Shown: positions 36,772 through 46,270, counted from the stretch's first letter. The stretch is 64,000 nt of DNA from Verrucomicrobiota bacterium (GCA_026397915.1 JAPLTX010000061.1:94731-158730); one strand, 5' to 3'. Numbers and translations: made by a program. Notes: generated by a model not told the origin, from the sequence alone.

Positions 36772-37871
36772 CGTGTTGCCTCCGATTTGGCGGTGATCTC
36801 GCGGGCGATGTCGTCGAGCGTTGCGCCCTTCCTCAGCGAGATGGCGAGCGGCTTGATCTTCACGGCCTCGCGCACGAGGATGTTGACGAACTGTCGGAGG
36901 TCAATGGCCTCGTCTCCGTGGTCGTGCGCCACGCGGCGGCAGACGCGGTTGACGAACTTGAAGTAGCCGTGCGAGAGCGCAAACGGCTCGATGGCGGCGA
37001 CGGCCTTCTCCAGCACGCCCTTCCCGAACGCGATCCGGTCCTTGAACATCAACTCCACGTCGCCCTGTTCGATGACGCTGAGGTCAATGCGCTCGTGCAT
37101 CCGATTGTGCGTGAGTTGCTGCGCCTCGAAGTAGCCCTTCGACACCTCCAGCCGCTGCATGAGCGTGTTCTGCGCCGAAACAATGAACTCGCCCGGTGTC
37201 TGATTCACCAGCGTCTTGACGAGGTTCAACATGCGCGGTGTCAGGTGATGGGCCTCGTCAATGCCGATGCAGAGGCGCTTCTTGTTCAGGTGCTCGACGA
37301 GCTTGCGCATCCGCTGGGTCGTGGAGACGGGCATCTCGAACTGGACGTTCTTGTCCGGCTCCTTGGGCTTGAAGCCGAGCGCGCCGAGAATCCGCCCCAG
37401 CATCTCGTGATCGGTCCACGTCTCGTCGGCCTCGGTGAACGTGACGCGCACCGGATACTTCATCTCCAGGGACTGGCGGGCCTTGGTCTTGCCGCTGCCG
37501 CTCGGCCCCTGCATCCAGATCAGCCGCGTGTTGTCCTGTTCGCGCATGATCTCCAAGAACGCCACCCGCAGCCGCATGCACGGCGTGAGATCGTGGTTGA
37601 TCGGCTCTTCGTCGGGGGCCGACTTCTCCAGGTTGTCCATCGTGCTGGCGACGGTGCGATAGCGCAGCACCCAGCTTTCGAGGTCGCCCGCCGAGTATTC
37701 CCCGGCGAGGATGGCGTTGAAGGTCTTGGCGCTGCCGAGGTCGGCGAACTCGCGCGCGAGCTTGTCGCGCGTCCATCCTTTGTCGAGTTGGTAACGCTCG
37801 GCGCGCTGGGCGAGCGCGCGCAACTCCGCGCGCACCGGGTCGATCTGCGGGTCATTGTGGGTCGTATTCAT
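36768..37871 (-). CDS. MuB-like AAA+ ATPase, transposition target DNA activator
   Basis: 367 aa; N-terminal HTH then Walker A MQGPSGSGKTKA; immediately downstream of transposase as in Mu A-B. Confidence 0.7.
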   Translation of the reverse strand: MNTTHNDPQIDPVRAELRALAQRAERYQLDKGWTRDKLAREFADLGSAKTFNAILAGEYSAGDLESWVLRYRTVASTMDNLEKSAPDEEPINHDLTPCMRLRVAFLEIMREQDNTRLIWMQGPSGSGKTKARQSLEMKYPVRVTFTEADETWTDHEMLGRILGALGFKPKEPDKNVQFEMPVSTTQRMRKLVEHLNKKRLCIGIDEAHHLTPRMLNLVKTLVNQTPGEFIVSAQNTLMQRLEVSKGYFEAQQLTHNRMHERIDLSVIEQGDVELMFKDRIAFGKGVLEKAVAAIEPFALSHGYFKFVNRVCRRVAHDHGDEAIDLRQFVNILVREAVKIKPLAISLRKGATLDDIAREITAKSEATR

Positions 37872-37888
37872 TGTAGCTCTTTCTGGTT

Positions 37889-39880
37889 TCAGGTTTCGAT
37901 CAGGTCACCGCGGGCGCGGGCTTCGGCCTCGCGTTTGGCGATGTAATCGGCCGCGGCAGTGCGGTCGAAAGAGACGCGGGAAACGGCCGGGGCCGTTCCT
38001 CGCGTTGAAAATGTGGCCGGCTCGGTATCGGTGTCTCTCGCGTTTGCGGCGGACTCGCCGAGCCGGCTCACCGTGTCGTGGTGTGTAAGTGGAGATTGGA
38101 GTTTGGAGATGGCGACGCGGCTGACGTTGCCCCGGCCGTCGCTGTCGAGGTGGACAACGGCGGCGCGTCCGGTGCTCTCGATGGCCGCGAAGCTCGAGCG
38201 CACCTGGGCGGTGCGGAGCTTGCGCGCGGCGGTGGCCGGCGAACGGTAACCCTCGCAATCAACGAACTGCGGCCCGTCGGCACTCCAGGGAGCGATGCCG
38301 ATGAACTGGAACCGCTTCCAGTTCTCGCGATTCATCGGGCGCGTTTCGTTATTGAAGAGCGCACAGCCGGCCTCCGGCGCGAGCGGGTCGAACCGCGCGA
38401 TGACGCGGTGGCCGCGCTCGATGAACGGAAAAGCCGCCGTCGCCACGTGGAACCGAAACGGGCGCGCATAAGGCGCAACGGAAACCTGCACATGGCCCGC
38501 GAGTTTGGTGCCGACGCCGACCTCGCTGATGGTCGGCTTGAAAAACCAGAACTCCTCCTCGCTCACCGCCGGCAGCGATCCGCCGCGCGCGGCCATGTCG
38601 CGCTCCCACGTCACGTCGGGAGCTTCCGCTTTGAGGCCGTCAACCTTGCGCGCCCGCTTGTTCAGGAACTGGCAGCCGGCGACAAGCTTTTGGATCAGCA
38701 CCTCGCCCCACGGAATGAAGCCGCACTTGGCCGGATCGGCCTTGCCCTTGTTCACGGCCATCATGTCATCGGTAGGCTGCTCGTATTCGCCGCGCGTCTT
38801 GCCGATGCGCACGCCATGCACGCCCATGATCTTGTGGAACGGCCGAAACGAGGACTCGATGCCGCCCTTGGCGTTGGAGGAGAAAACGTGGTCCACGGGG
38901 ATGACGCTGGCGATGCCGCCCCAGCGGTTGCCGGCGTCGTCAATCTGAATACCGTCGAGCGCGTTGTTTTCCCAGCGACCGCGTTCGTCGCGGAAACGGC
39001 CAAACCGCCCCCAGCGCCGCGTGAGAAGTTCCTTGAACCGCGCGATGTCCTCGGCGCGGTAGCTGTCCGCAAAGCGCGCGATGGGATAGACGCCGAGCCA
39101 CTTGCCGCTGCGCACGTCGCGCGCCATCAGGATTTGACGCCCCACGCGCCAGTAGCCGTCCGGGTCCATCCAGAAAAACGGAACGTCGGTTGACACGTCG
39201 TCAAACTCGATGATGTCCCCGCTGTTCACAGGCACCCATGCGCCGTGGTCGTCGTAACCGTAAAAGCCGCGGCGCACGCTGAAGACGATGCTCCGCAGCG
39301 CGTCGCGGCTGCGCGCCGCTGCCATTTCCTCCTGCGTCACGCGCACGTCGCGCATGATGCTTTGCGGGTATCGGCCCGTCAGCCGGTTCGCGGCGAGGGC
39401 CTCGCGGACCTCCGGCCGGCACACCGGCGAGTCGGCCATCAACTCGATGCCCATTGGCACGCTCTCGGTCTTTAGGACAAACGTGCGGGCGAGCTTCTTC
39501 TCTGCGTCGTTGAGGTTCACTTTTTTCTTTCGCCCGCAGTTCTTGTATTGCCGGCCGAGCTTTTCCTCGCCGCCGGCATCGAGCAGCCGCGCGTAGCGCA
39601 ACAGCGTGCAGTGCGGCTTGCCGAGTATCCGAGCCGCCTCCGCCGCGCTCGACGCCATCGGCGGCTGGCCGTTCTCTCCGGGCTTTTGCAGCGCGCGCCA
39701 CTCGCGCACGAGCGACGCGCGGCGTTGCTTCCAGGCGTTGTCCAAGGACTGCGGAGTCGGAACCGCCGCCGCGGCGTCGCTGGAAACAATCGCGCCCGGA
39801 GGTCGCGATCCACCTGTAGCGGCGGTCTCTGACCGCCGATCCGGCGCGGGCGAGGAGTTCGCCCCCGCGCAGTGTTGCAT
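37889..39880 (-). CDS. Mu-type DDE transposase (MuA-like)
   Basis: ORF 37889..40132; central rve/DDE core (SGDIIEFDDV..., ...VIPVDHVF...), N-terminal HTH; start uncertain (39880 or 39658); ~590-664 aa. Confidence 0.75.
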   Translation of the reverse strand: MQHCAGANSSPAPDRRSETAATGGSRPPGAIVSSDAAAAVPTPQSLDNAWKQRRASLVREWRALQKPGENGQPPMASSAAEAARILGKPHCTLLRYARLLDAGGEEKLGRQYKNCGRKKKVNLNDAEKKLARTFVLKTESVPMGIELMADSPVCRPEVREALAANRLTGRYPQSIMRDVRVTQEEMAAARSRDALRSIVFSVRRGFYGYDDHGAWVPVNSGDIIEFDDVSTDVPFFWMDPDGYWRVGRQILMARDVRSGKWLGVYPIARFADSYRAEDIARFKELLTRRWGRFGRFRDERGRWENNALDGIQIDDAGNRWGGIASVIPVDHVFSSNAKGGIESSFRPFHKIMGVHGVRIGKTRGEYEQPTDDMMAVNKGKADPAKCGFIPWGEVLIQKLVAGCQFLNKRARKVDGLKAEAPDVTWERDMAARGGSLPAVSEEEFWFFKPTISEVGVGTKLAGHVQVSVAPYARPFRFHVATAAFPFIERGHRVIARFDPLAPEAGCALFNNETRPMNRENWKRFQFIGIAPWSADGPQFVDCEGYRSPATAARKLRTAQVRSSFAAIESTGRAAVVHLDSDGRGNVSRVAISKLQSPLTHHDTVSRLGESAANARDTDTEPATFSTRGTAPAVSRVSFDRTAAADYIAKREAEARARGDLIET

Positions 39881-40150
39881 GAAGCCAATAACCGAGGCCG
39901 GCAGACGATCTCCATCTGCGCCATGCTGCGCGCTGCCGAATCGGCGGTCAGAGACTGCCGCTGCAGAAAGCTGAGAGCTGAAAGTTGAAAGCTGAGGACT
40001 GCGATCTCCCGCCGCAACGTCGGGGCGCGTTGCGGCGGGCGGGGGTTGGTTCTGGCCTGTGAACGGCGCGGGCACAATCGCCCCGGTCAACTCCGCGCCG
40101 CTCCGCGTCTTGTTGGTTATAGAATCGTGCATGGCCAGATGGCGGGAACG

Positions 40151-40423
40151 TCAGGGGTTTGGAAGTGTGCCGAGCAACGCGGCGAATCCGCCCGCTCTCC
40201 AGGCTTTGGCAATCTGCTTGATGTGCCGCGGATTCGTGTCATTCGCGTAACACGCGCCGGCCAGCGTGTCGCCCGCGACCATCTCGTCGTAGATGCCTTG
40301 CAGGAGTTTCAACCGGCCGATGGCGACCTTTAATTGATGGTTCGTCGGGCCAACCGGACGCCGGGGGACTTCCGCGCTCACAAACAATCGCCGGAGAACT
40401 TCTTTACGCCGGTCGCCCTTCAT
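40151..40423 (-). CDS. small hypothetical early protein
   Basis: 90 aa between ParB-like gene and transposase. Confidence 0.25.
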   Translation of the reverse strand: MKGDRRKEVLRRLFVSAEVPRRPVGPTNHQLKVAIGRLKLLQGIYDEMVAGDTLAGACYANDTNPRHIKQIAKAWRAGGFAALLGTLPNP

Positions 40424-41265
40424 CGCGCCTCCTCGACTTTGCGGATGGAGCTTTTGAAGAACTTCATGTCGTCGGGTTCGAGGCCCGCCAGCGCCTGAGC
40501 CAGCCGGGCGAGTTTCTCGCGCCGCATGGTTAGGTTGGTGATCTTGGCAATGTAGGGAATGCGGTTGCTGATCGTGCGGACCATGTCATCCCACAAGAGC
40601 ATCTGCTGATGAACAACCCGCTTCTTGCCCTTCGTCGCTTCCCGTCCGGCCACCGCGGCGAGGATTTGCTGAAAGCCGGCCTTGCCTCCAAGCAGCAGCG
40701 GCTCGTATTCAGCCTTGATGTCAGGGCGGGCCTTGAACAGCTTGTGTATCTTCCCCGCGAGGCCGATTACGTCTGTCGAAATGCCCAGCCTGGAGGATAC
40801 GTCAGCCTGGGTTTTGCACCCTTCCACCCCCCGGAAGCCTAATTTTTCGGCTTTCGAGGTTTCTTGGGCTTTTTGGCCATTTAAGTTCGCCAAACTGCGT
40901 TTTCGGCTTTCGGCGAAAATCGGCTCAAGAAGGGTGTAGAGGAGGTAGGCGAGGGCGCTTTTGCTGAAGTGCCGGCGGGCCATCAGGCTCTCGCCGACGA
41001 TGGTGGCGGACTCGCCATCGCCGACCTGACGGACGGGCACTTCGGAGAGTCCGGCGGCCCGCGCCGCCCGGCTCCGGTGCCGGCCATCCACGATCCGGTT
41101 CTTGCTGTCAATCAGCACCGGATAGTCCAAGCCGCGCGCGCGGATGCTGGCGATCATGGCCAGGAAGTGCGGATCGTTCTCGGCGAGCATCGGGCCGAGG
41201 TCGGCCGTGGGATGGTGGGTGAGTTGATCCAGATTCATCATGACGATCTTGTTCGGTGTCTCCAT
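40420..41265 (-). CDS. ParB-like nuclease-domain protein
   Basis: 281 aa from METPNKIV; ...DYPVLIDSKNRIVDGRHRSRAARAAG ParB/Srx box II-like motif. Confidence 0.6.
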   Translation of the reverse strand: METPNKIVMMNLDQLTHHPTADLGPMLAENDPHFLAMIASIRARGLDYPVLIDSKNRIVDGRHRSRAARAAGLSEVPVRQVGDGESATIVGESLMARRHFSKSALAYLLYTLLEPIFAESRKRSLANLNGQKAQETSKAEKLGFRGVEGCKTQADVSSRLGISTDVIGLAGKIHKLFKARPDIKAEYEPLLLGGKAGFQQILAAVAGREATKGKKRVVHQQMLLWDDMVRTISNRIPYIAKITNLTMRREKLARLAQALAGLEPDDMKFFKSSIRKVEEAR

Positions 41266-41342
41266 GTTCTTCTTTCCTTTTGGGGTTGGTTGTTGGCAGT
41301 GACTGCGGCAAAAGTTGAGAGCTGAAAGCTGAAAGCTGAGGG

Positions 41343-41558
41343 TTAAGAGTTGGGGGCGGGGTTGGTTGGAGTGTTGGAGTTGTGGAGTGATGGAGTGTTG
41401 GCGGCCTCTCCAAACCATTCGCATCCGCAGCCGGCCTCGCGGCACTCGCGCTCGAAGCAATCGTGCTTGTAGCGGTCGTGGCCGCAGACGCAGGGGCGAA
41501 GCAGCGCGGCGCTGCCGGGAGGAAGATGGTCGGCGATGATTTGAAACCCCGTCTTCAT
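41343..41558 (-). CDS. small Cys/His-rich hypothetical protein
   Basis: PCVCGHDRYKHDCFERECREAGCGCEW; uncertain. Confidence 0.2.
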   Translation of the reverse strand: MKTGFQIIADHLPPGSAALLRPCVCGHDRYKHDCFERECREAGCGCEWFGEAANTPSLHNSNTPTNPAPNS

Positions 41559-42025
41559 GGTTGCTCCGGTAGGGCGCGACCGCTGGGCGCGCCGAGGGGG
41601 TCGGATCGGCCGGCCCAGCGGTCCGTCCCTACCGCCGCCGCGCTCGTTTCCACGATGAGACTCCACAGCCGGTCCACGATCTGGCGCGTTTCGGTCCAGC
41701 GCGTGGCGGCGGCGTTGTGCGCGAGGGCCAGCGCCTCCAGCTCGCCGCCGATGTGCTCCAGACCGTCATCGCGCTCGATGCGCTCCAGTAGCGCGCGCAG
41801 CCCGCCCCATCGGCCCTGCATCTCGCGGCACTCGCTGATCAGGCGCTTCAGTTCGATCTGGCGAGGGGAAAGGGCCGTCAAGGCTGAGGGCTGAGGGCTG
41901 AAGGCTGAAGGCTGAAGGCCGACCGATGAGGGCTGAAGGCTGAGGGCTGAAGGCTGAAGGCCGACCGATGAGGGCTGAAGGCTGAGGGCTAAAGGCTGAC
42001 CACTGATCGCTGGCTTGGTGTTCAT
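41555..42025 (-). CDS. hypothetical protein whose N-terminal region is encoded by heptamer tandem repeats
   Basis: ATG overlaps upstream stop (ATGA); LQPSSVG repeats from 7-nt DNA repeat; C-terminal helical region. Confidence 0.2.
   Translation of the reverse strand: MNTKPAISGQPLALSLQPSSVGLQPSALSLQPSSVGLQPSAFSPQPSALTALSPRQIELKRLISECREMQGRWGGLRALLERIERDDGLEHIGGELEALALAHNAAATRWTETRQIVDRLWSLIVETSAAAVGTDRWAGRSDPLGAPSGRALPEQP
41878..42000. repeat. long tandem heptamer array (GGCTGAR)n with 54-nt higher-order duplication
   Basis: ggctgagggctgaaggctgaaggccgaccgatgag unit repeated twice. Confidence 0.8.
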
Positions 42026-42398
42026 CGGCTCAACTCCTTTTCGATGCGGTCGAGTTCGCCGCTGATAACCGCGACGCCCCGCCGGATGGAGGCCAGCGCA
42101 TCGGACGCCGCACGATGAGAGCAGAGGCGGCAACGCTCTGCTGGGGGCGCAATGCAATGTTCCTTGCGAACTTCGGCATCGAACTTGGTGCTGATAATGG
42201 CCCATCCGAAGATCGGCGGGAGACTGCCGTCTGAGGGAACAAAGAGTCTCGACCAACACTTGTGGCAAAATGAGTTCCGCGATTCTCCTCGCAGATAACA
42301 ACCGGGAATCCCGGCCAGCGTGGTTAGCGAGTCCAACCGTGGATTCGTGCGGCTCGTCTCCAAACCGCAGAGCCAGCAACGTAGTTGAGTTTTCATCG
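42022..42398 (-). CDS. zinc-finger hypothetical protein (CWLC...CHKC...CRLC)
   Basis: 125 aa from MKTQLRCWLCG; ATGA overlap with Ner-like stop. Confidence 0.3.
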
Positions 42399-42575
42399 TC
42401 CAATCTCCTTTTCCAGCGCCGCGAGAATCTCCTGCGAGCGGCGGTCTGAGCGGTGGCCGTGTAGCGCGCGGCTGACCTGCGAGCGGTTGAACCTGTGCGC
42501 CCGGCTCCACTTGGCCAGCGAGCTTCGGCGGGAAACCAGCGACCCTTTCAAAACGTCTGGATCAATAACGGCCAT
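42393..42575 (-). CDS. ner: Ner/Nlp-like DNA-binding protein
   Basis: 60 aa MAVIDPDVLKGSLVSRRSSLAKWSRAHRFNRSQVSRALHGHRSDRRSQEILAALEKEIGR matches Ner family pattern D..VI.AL...G.SL..LSR..G....VS.AL.G......EII..AL. Confidence 0.5.
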   Translation of the reverse strand: MAVIDPDVLKGSLVSRRSSLAKWSRAHRFNRSQVSRALHGHRSDRRSQEILAALEKEIGR

Positions 42576-42681
42576 TTTGGTGTTGCCTTTCGCGGCTTCC
42601 GGCGGGACTCTCAGCGAAGTTGTAACAGGTCGTGCCATTTGACGGGCACCCTTTTAAGCAAATTTGCTGGCGCTGTCAACA

Positions 42682-43125
42682 ATGAATAGCAATTTTGTTA
42701 AAGATTTTTCTGACCGTCTGTCGGGGTTGATGGCCGAGCGGGGATTCACGCAACAACAACTCGCCGACAAGATCACGTCCTCGCAGACGAGCGTGTCGCA
42801 CTGGCTTCGAGGAAATGTCCCTTCCAGGCGAGCACTCAAGACACTCGCGGACTGTTTCAGTGTGAACATCGAATGGCTGCGATCCGGCCAAGGTTCGCGC
42901 GTGCCAGCGTCTGTTGTTCGCGAGACCGTAGAGGTCGCATTGGGTGGAGAAATAAAAGACCATAAGCTCATGCTCGAAACGTTGATCGGTGGAATGCAGA
43001 CGCCGCAGCTTCAGGACTTGGTGATAGAGCAAACGCGGCTCGGAAATGTGGGTTTAGTGTTGTTGCTTGGAACAGAGTTGAGTAAACGTAGGGACGTGAA
43101 GCGCAGAACGGAGACAAGGAAATGA
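42682..43125 (+). CDS. XRE-family (Cro/CI-type HTH) transcriptional regulator, candidate prophage repressor
   Basis: RGFTQQQLADKITSSQTSVSHWLRGNVPSRRALKTLADCFSVNIEWL; divergent from ner-like early operon. Confidence 0.6.
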   Translation: MNSNFVKDFSDRLSGLMAERGFTQQQLADKITSSQTSVSHWLRGNVPSRRALKTLADCFSVNIEWLRSGQGSRVPASVVRETVEVALGGEIKDHKLMLETLIGGMQTPQLQDLVIEQTRLGNVGLVLLLGTELSKRRDVKRRTETRK

Positions 43126-43601
43126 GACTGGCACTGATTCTGATGGTGGCGCTGGCGGGTGCGACGGCGCGCGGAGCGGAAAACCAAATTCTCTACGCGA
43201 ACAAGGCGGAGTGCATCAAATGGATTGGCCGGTCCAACGTCGAGGTTGATTTCAAGGCGTCGTTTTGCAGCGCCGTGCAGGCCAAATACCATGTTGGCTT
43301 AATGCAAGTGGACGCCTTCTACGTGGACGGTCGAATCCAGCATGTTCGATATTCCGGCGCGAGCCGTCCGGTGGCGGAGGCGATTGTCCGCCAAAACACC
43401 GCGGGCCAAGAGTGGAAGCCGGGCGGAAATGGGAAAGCCGTCGAATGGAAACGCTCGGATGGAGCCAGCGCATGGTGGGCACCGAACACGCTCGTGCTCC
43501 AAACCAAAGAGTGGCCGGGCATCCTGAAGAGAATAGCCGACGAGCGGCCGGGGGCGCGAGGGCGCGGCAGGGCAAGCGCCCAAAACGGCAAGGAGAACTA
43601 A
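43122..43601 (+). CDS. secreted hypothetical protein (signal peptide)
   Basis: MRLALILMVALAGATARGAE; paralogous N-terminus to next gene. Confidence 0.4.
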   Translation: MRLALILMVALAGATARGAENQILYANKAECIKWIGRSNVEVDFKASFCSAVQAKYHVGLMQVDAFYVDGRIQHVRYSGASRPVAEAIVRQNTAGQEWKPGGNGKAVEWKRSDGASAWWAPNTLVLQTKEWPGILKRIADERPGARGRGRASAQNGKEN

Positions 43602-43605
43602 GACA

Positions 43606-44250
43606 ATGAGACTGGCACCAATTCTAATCCTGTCGGCTGCGGTTTTGGCGGAAGCGGGCGCGCAGACGATTTATCACGATTCAATCTCGCGGCTTACGGG
43701 CAGAGTTGGCGGGATGGGCGGCGGTGACATCTCGTTCACCAGCGCGAATGGACGGGCTGGCGTGCCGGAGGAAATGCGGACTGGCGGCAAGGTTTATCCC
43801 AACGTGCGGTTTGGCCCTGCCAAGGGCGAGCAGGTGTTTGTCTCGTGGAACGGCGGCTCCGGCTGGATGCACGCGATGTTTTTGCCGGAGGAAGTTCAAC
43901 GGCGGTTTGGGTTCAACACGGCACAACTCCGTGAGGCGCGCGAAGCTGCGGAACTGGAGTCCGCGCGCGTCGCCGAGATCAAACGCCAGGAACGCATTGA
44001 GAAATACGGGGAGACGTTCAACGGGAAAGTGCAGCAAGTCATCAAAGACGGCCTGCTGGTTTCGATTGGAGAATCTTACGGCGTCGGCGATTCGCTGTTG
44101 TTAACCGGGCATCCGAAAGAGGCCACGATGATCGAAGACATTCGCATCCGCTTTCTCGCCAAACCGGCCGGGCGCTATCAGTTTGTCAGTGTGACCGGCG
44201 CGACGCGCACGATCAGCAAGTGGTCTTACATCGGCGAGCCGCACGACTGA
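43606..44250 (+). CDS. secreted hypothetical protein (signal peptide, coiled coil)
   Basis: MRLAPILILSAAVLAEAGAQ signal peptide. Confidence 0.4.
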   Translation: MRLAPILILSAAVLAEAGAQTIYHDSISRLTGRVGGMGGGDISFTSANGRAGVPEEMRTGGKVYPNVRFGPAKGEQVFVSWNGGSGWMHAMFLPEEVQRRFGFNTAQLREAREAAELESARVAEIKRQERIEKYGETFNGKVQQVIKDGLLVSIGESYGVGDSLLLTGHPKEATMIEDIRIRFLAKPAGRYQFVSVTGATRTISKWSYIGEPHD

Positions 44251-44334
44251 CGCGCGGCACCCTTTTGGTGAAACGATGGCCACGATGGCCACGCTGCTTG
44301 GCGGTCGGCGCGCGGGGGCGCGTAGGCTGGCCGC

Positions 44335-44769
44335 ATGTTTACGGCAGCCATCAGCTCTCAGCTCTCAGCTCTCAGCCTTCCACTCCTTACCGCCGCGCCG
44401 ATCACACTCGATAACTCCACCGTCGTCACCGTCGGCATGATCGTGGCCGTGGCGGCGATGGTGAAGTGGGCGACGGACATCTGGGCCAACATCCGGCCCA
44501 ACCGCTCCTTTGACGACAAGCTGGTGGCGGCGCTGACGGCGTGCCAGGGGCAGTGCTCTAAAAATCTCAAGGTGGCCACCGACGACATCGAGGTGATCCA
44601 GGCCGACCGCCGTCGCAACACGACGGACCTCTGGAAGGAAATCAACGGCCTGAAGGAAACGATCCAGACGTTCTCGAACGACTTGAACCGCGCGCTGGGC
44701 CGGCTGGAGGGGCGGGCGGAAATGCTCGACGCGGTGCGCGACGTGATCGCGAAGAAAACGAAAGACTAA
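44335..44769 (+). CDS. membrane protein, holin-like candidate
   Basis: 144 aa with TM segment VVTVGMIVAVAAMVKW; upstream late-promoter-like motif. Confidence 0.3.
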   Translation: MFTAAISSQLSALSLPLLTAAPITLDNSTVVTVGMIVAVAAMVKWATDIWANIRPNRSFDDKLVAALTACQGQCSKNLKVATDDIEVIQADRRRNTTDLWKEINGLKETIQTFSNDLNRALGRLEGRAEMLDAVRDVIAKKTKD

Positions 44770-44806
44770 CCCCCAACGGCGCGCCCAGCGGTCGCGCCCT
44801 ACCTAC

Positions 44807-45085
44807 ATGACACCCGATCCCATTTTTGTCCGCGCCGCCGAATGCCGGCGGGCGGTGCGCGATTACCTGGCCAAGCGCCTTCGCCTGGCGTTCGAGCTGT
44901 CGGCTGTCCGCTCGGCGGTAAACCGAACCGGCGGCGACTGGAGCGACGAGGAAGTAAACAGCGCGCTCGTGTATCTGGCGGGCCTGACGCCGCCGCACGT
45001 GAAGACGGTTCGCGACAAGCTTGGCCCCACGCTCTACTACCAGGCGACCACCGGGGGCGTGCAAGCAATGGAAAACGGGGATTAA
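44807..45085 (+). CDS. hypothetical phage protein
   Basis: 92 aa ORF. Confidence 0.2.
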   Translation: MTPDPIFVRAAECRRAVRDYLAKRLRLAFELSAVRSAVNRTGGDWSDEEVNSALVYLAGLTPPHVKTVRDKLGPTLYYQATTGGVQAMENGD

Positions 45086-45092
45086 CCAGACG

Positions 45093-46058
45093 ATGAAACC
45101 GATTCGTTACAAGCTCGGCAAGGTGGCTATCCCGCAGTCGGCGCTGCTCAGGATCGGCGCGGCCATCGTGTGGCGCAACGCGGCCATCGTGGGCTTCCTT
45201 TTTTCGCTGCTCGTCATCGCGCTGCTGCTGACCGGCTGCGCTAATTCCGCACTCCGCACTCCGCACTCCGCAATTCCGCCGATGCCGCCGAAGCCAACGA
45301 CGGCGGCGACGGCCGGCGCGATTGAGAGCGCCACTGCGAACGCCAGCGAGGCGCAGACCAGCGTCCGGGCCGGGCGCGACCTGGCCAAACAAGACGAGGG
45401 CTTGAAGGCGGTGCCGCATCTGGACAAGGCGGACGCTCAACTCGACACGACGCGCGCCGATCTGGCGGCAGCGAAGGCGCACGCGACGGAACTGGAGGGG
45501 AAGATTGCGGCGGATCGGGCGGCGCACGATATGCAGGCGACCGCCTACCAATCCCAGATTGGAAATTTGAAATCTGAGATGGCCGCCGGGGCGGCGGCGA
45601 ACAAGAAGCTGGCGAAGGAAAACACCGACCTAAAGAACGAAGTGCTGCGCAAGGCGCAACTCGTGATCGGCGGCGCTGGCTCGTTCCTGCTGCTCGTGGC
45701 CGCCGGCTGTTTTGCTGCGTGGATCTGGCTCGGCTTCGGCGCGGGCTGGAAGGTGGCGCTGGTGTCGGCCACGGTCGGCGCGGCGGCCCTCGCGCTGGCG
45801 ATGATGCTCAAGGCCATCGTTGTCTCGACGATTGTGGCGCTGGCGGCGTGCGCCGTGGCGGCGCTCGGCTACGCGGCGTGGCACCTGTGGCGGGACAGCC
45901 GCGATACGCTGGCCAGCGTCGTGGAGGGCGTGGAAACCGCAAAGGCCGGACTCGACCCGGAGGCGGTATCGAAGCTCCACACCATGCTGCGGTTCAAGAC
46001 GAGCGATGCCGACAAGAAGCTGATCGAGCTACTCAAATCGAAGCTCAAGCTGTCATGA
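45093..46058 (+). CDS. membrane lipoprotein with coiled coil and C-terminal TM segments (spanin-like lysis accessory candidate)
   Basis: lipobox LLTGC after hydrophobic stretch, long coiled coil, multiple C-terminal TMs. Confidence 0.3.
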   Translation: MKPIRYKLGKVAIPQSALLRIGAAIVWRNAAIVGFLFSLLVIALLLTGCANSALRTPHSAIPPMPPKPTTAATAGAIESATANASEAQTSVRAGRDLAKQDEGLKAVPHLDKADAQLDTTRADLAAAKAHATELEGKIAADRAAHDMQATAYQSQIGNLKSEMAAGAAANKKLAKENTDLKNEVLRKAQLVIGGAGSFLLLVAAGCFAAWIWLGFGAGWKVALVSATVGAAALALAMMLKAIVVSTIVALAACAVAALGYAAWHLWRDSRDTLASVVEGVETAKAGLDPEAVSKLHTMLRFKTSDADKKLIELLKSKLKLS

Positions 46059-46270
46059 GCGCGACCCGACATTTACCGGCGCGGCGGGCGCTCCGCCGAC
46101 TGGCGGCGGCGTCGGCGCAGATGCTCGGCGGGGACGTGGCCGTGTGCCTGACAGTGGCCGGGCCGAAGGGCGCGCGCGTGGAGCGTTACCTGTGCAGCGC
46201 GGTGGACGCGATGGCGCTGGCGACGATGCTGCAACTGGCGGTGGCGCGGGCCGCGAAGGCTGAGAGCTGA
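46055..46270 (+). CDS. small hypothetical protein
   Basis: 71 aa; ATGA overlap with upstream stop. Confidence 0.2.
   Translation: MSATRHLPARRALRRLAAASAQMLGGDVAVCLTVAGPKGARVERYLCSAVDAMALATMLQLAVARAAKAES

Noticed and set aside
42664-43125. Calling the XRE protein definitively the lysogeny repressor
   Set aside because: Orientation (co-directional with secreted proteins, holin-like gene, terS-terL-portal) is unusual for a Mu-type c repressor; kept as candidate only.
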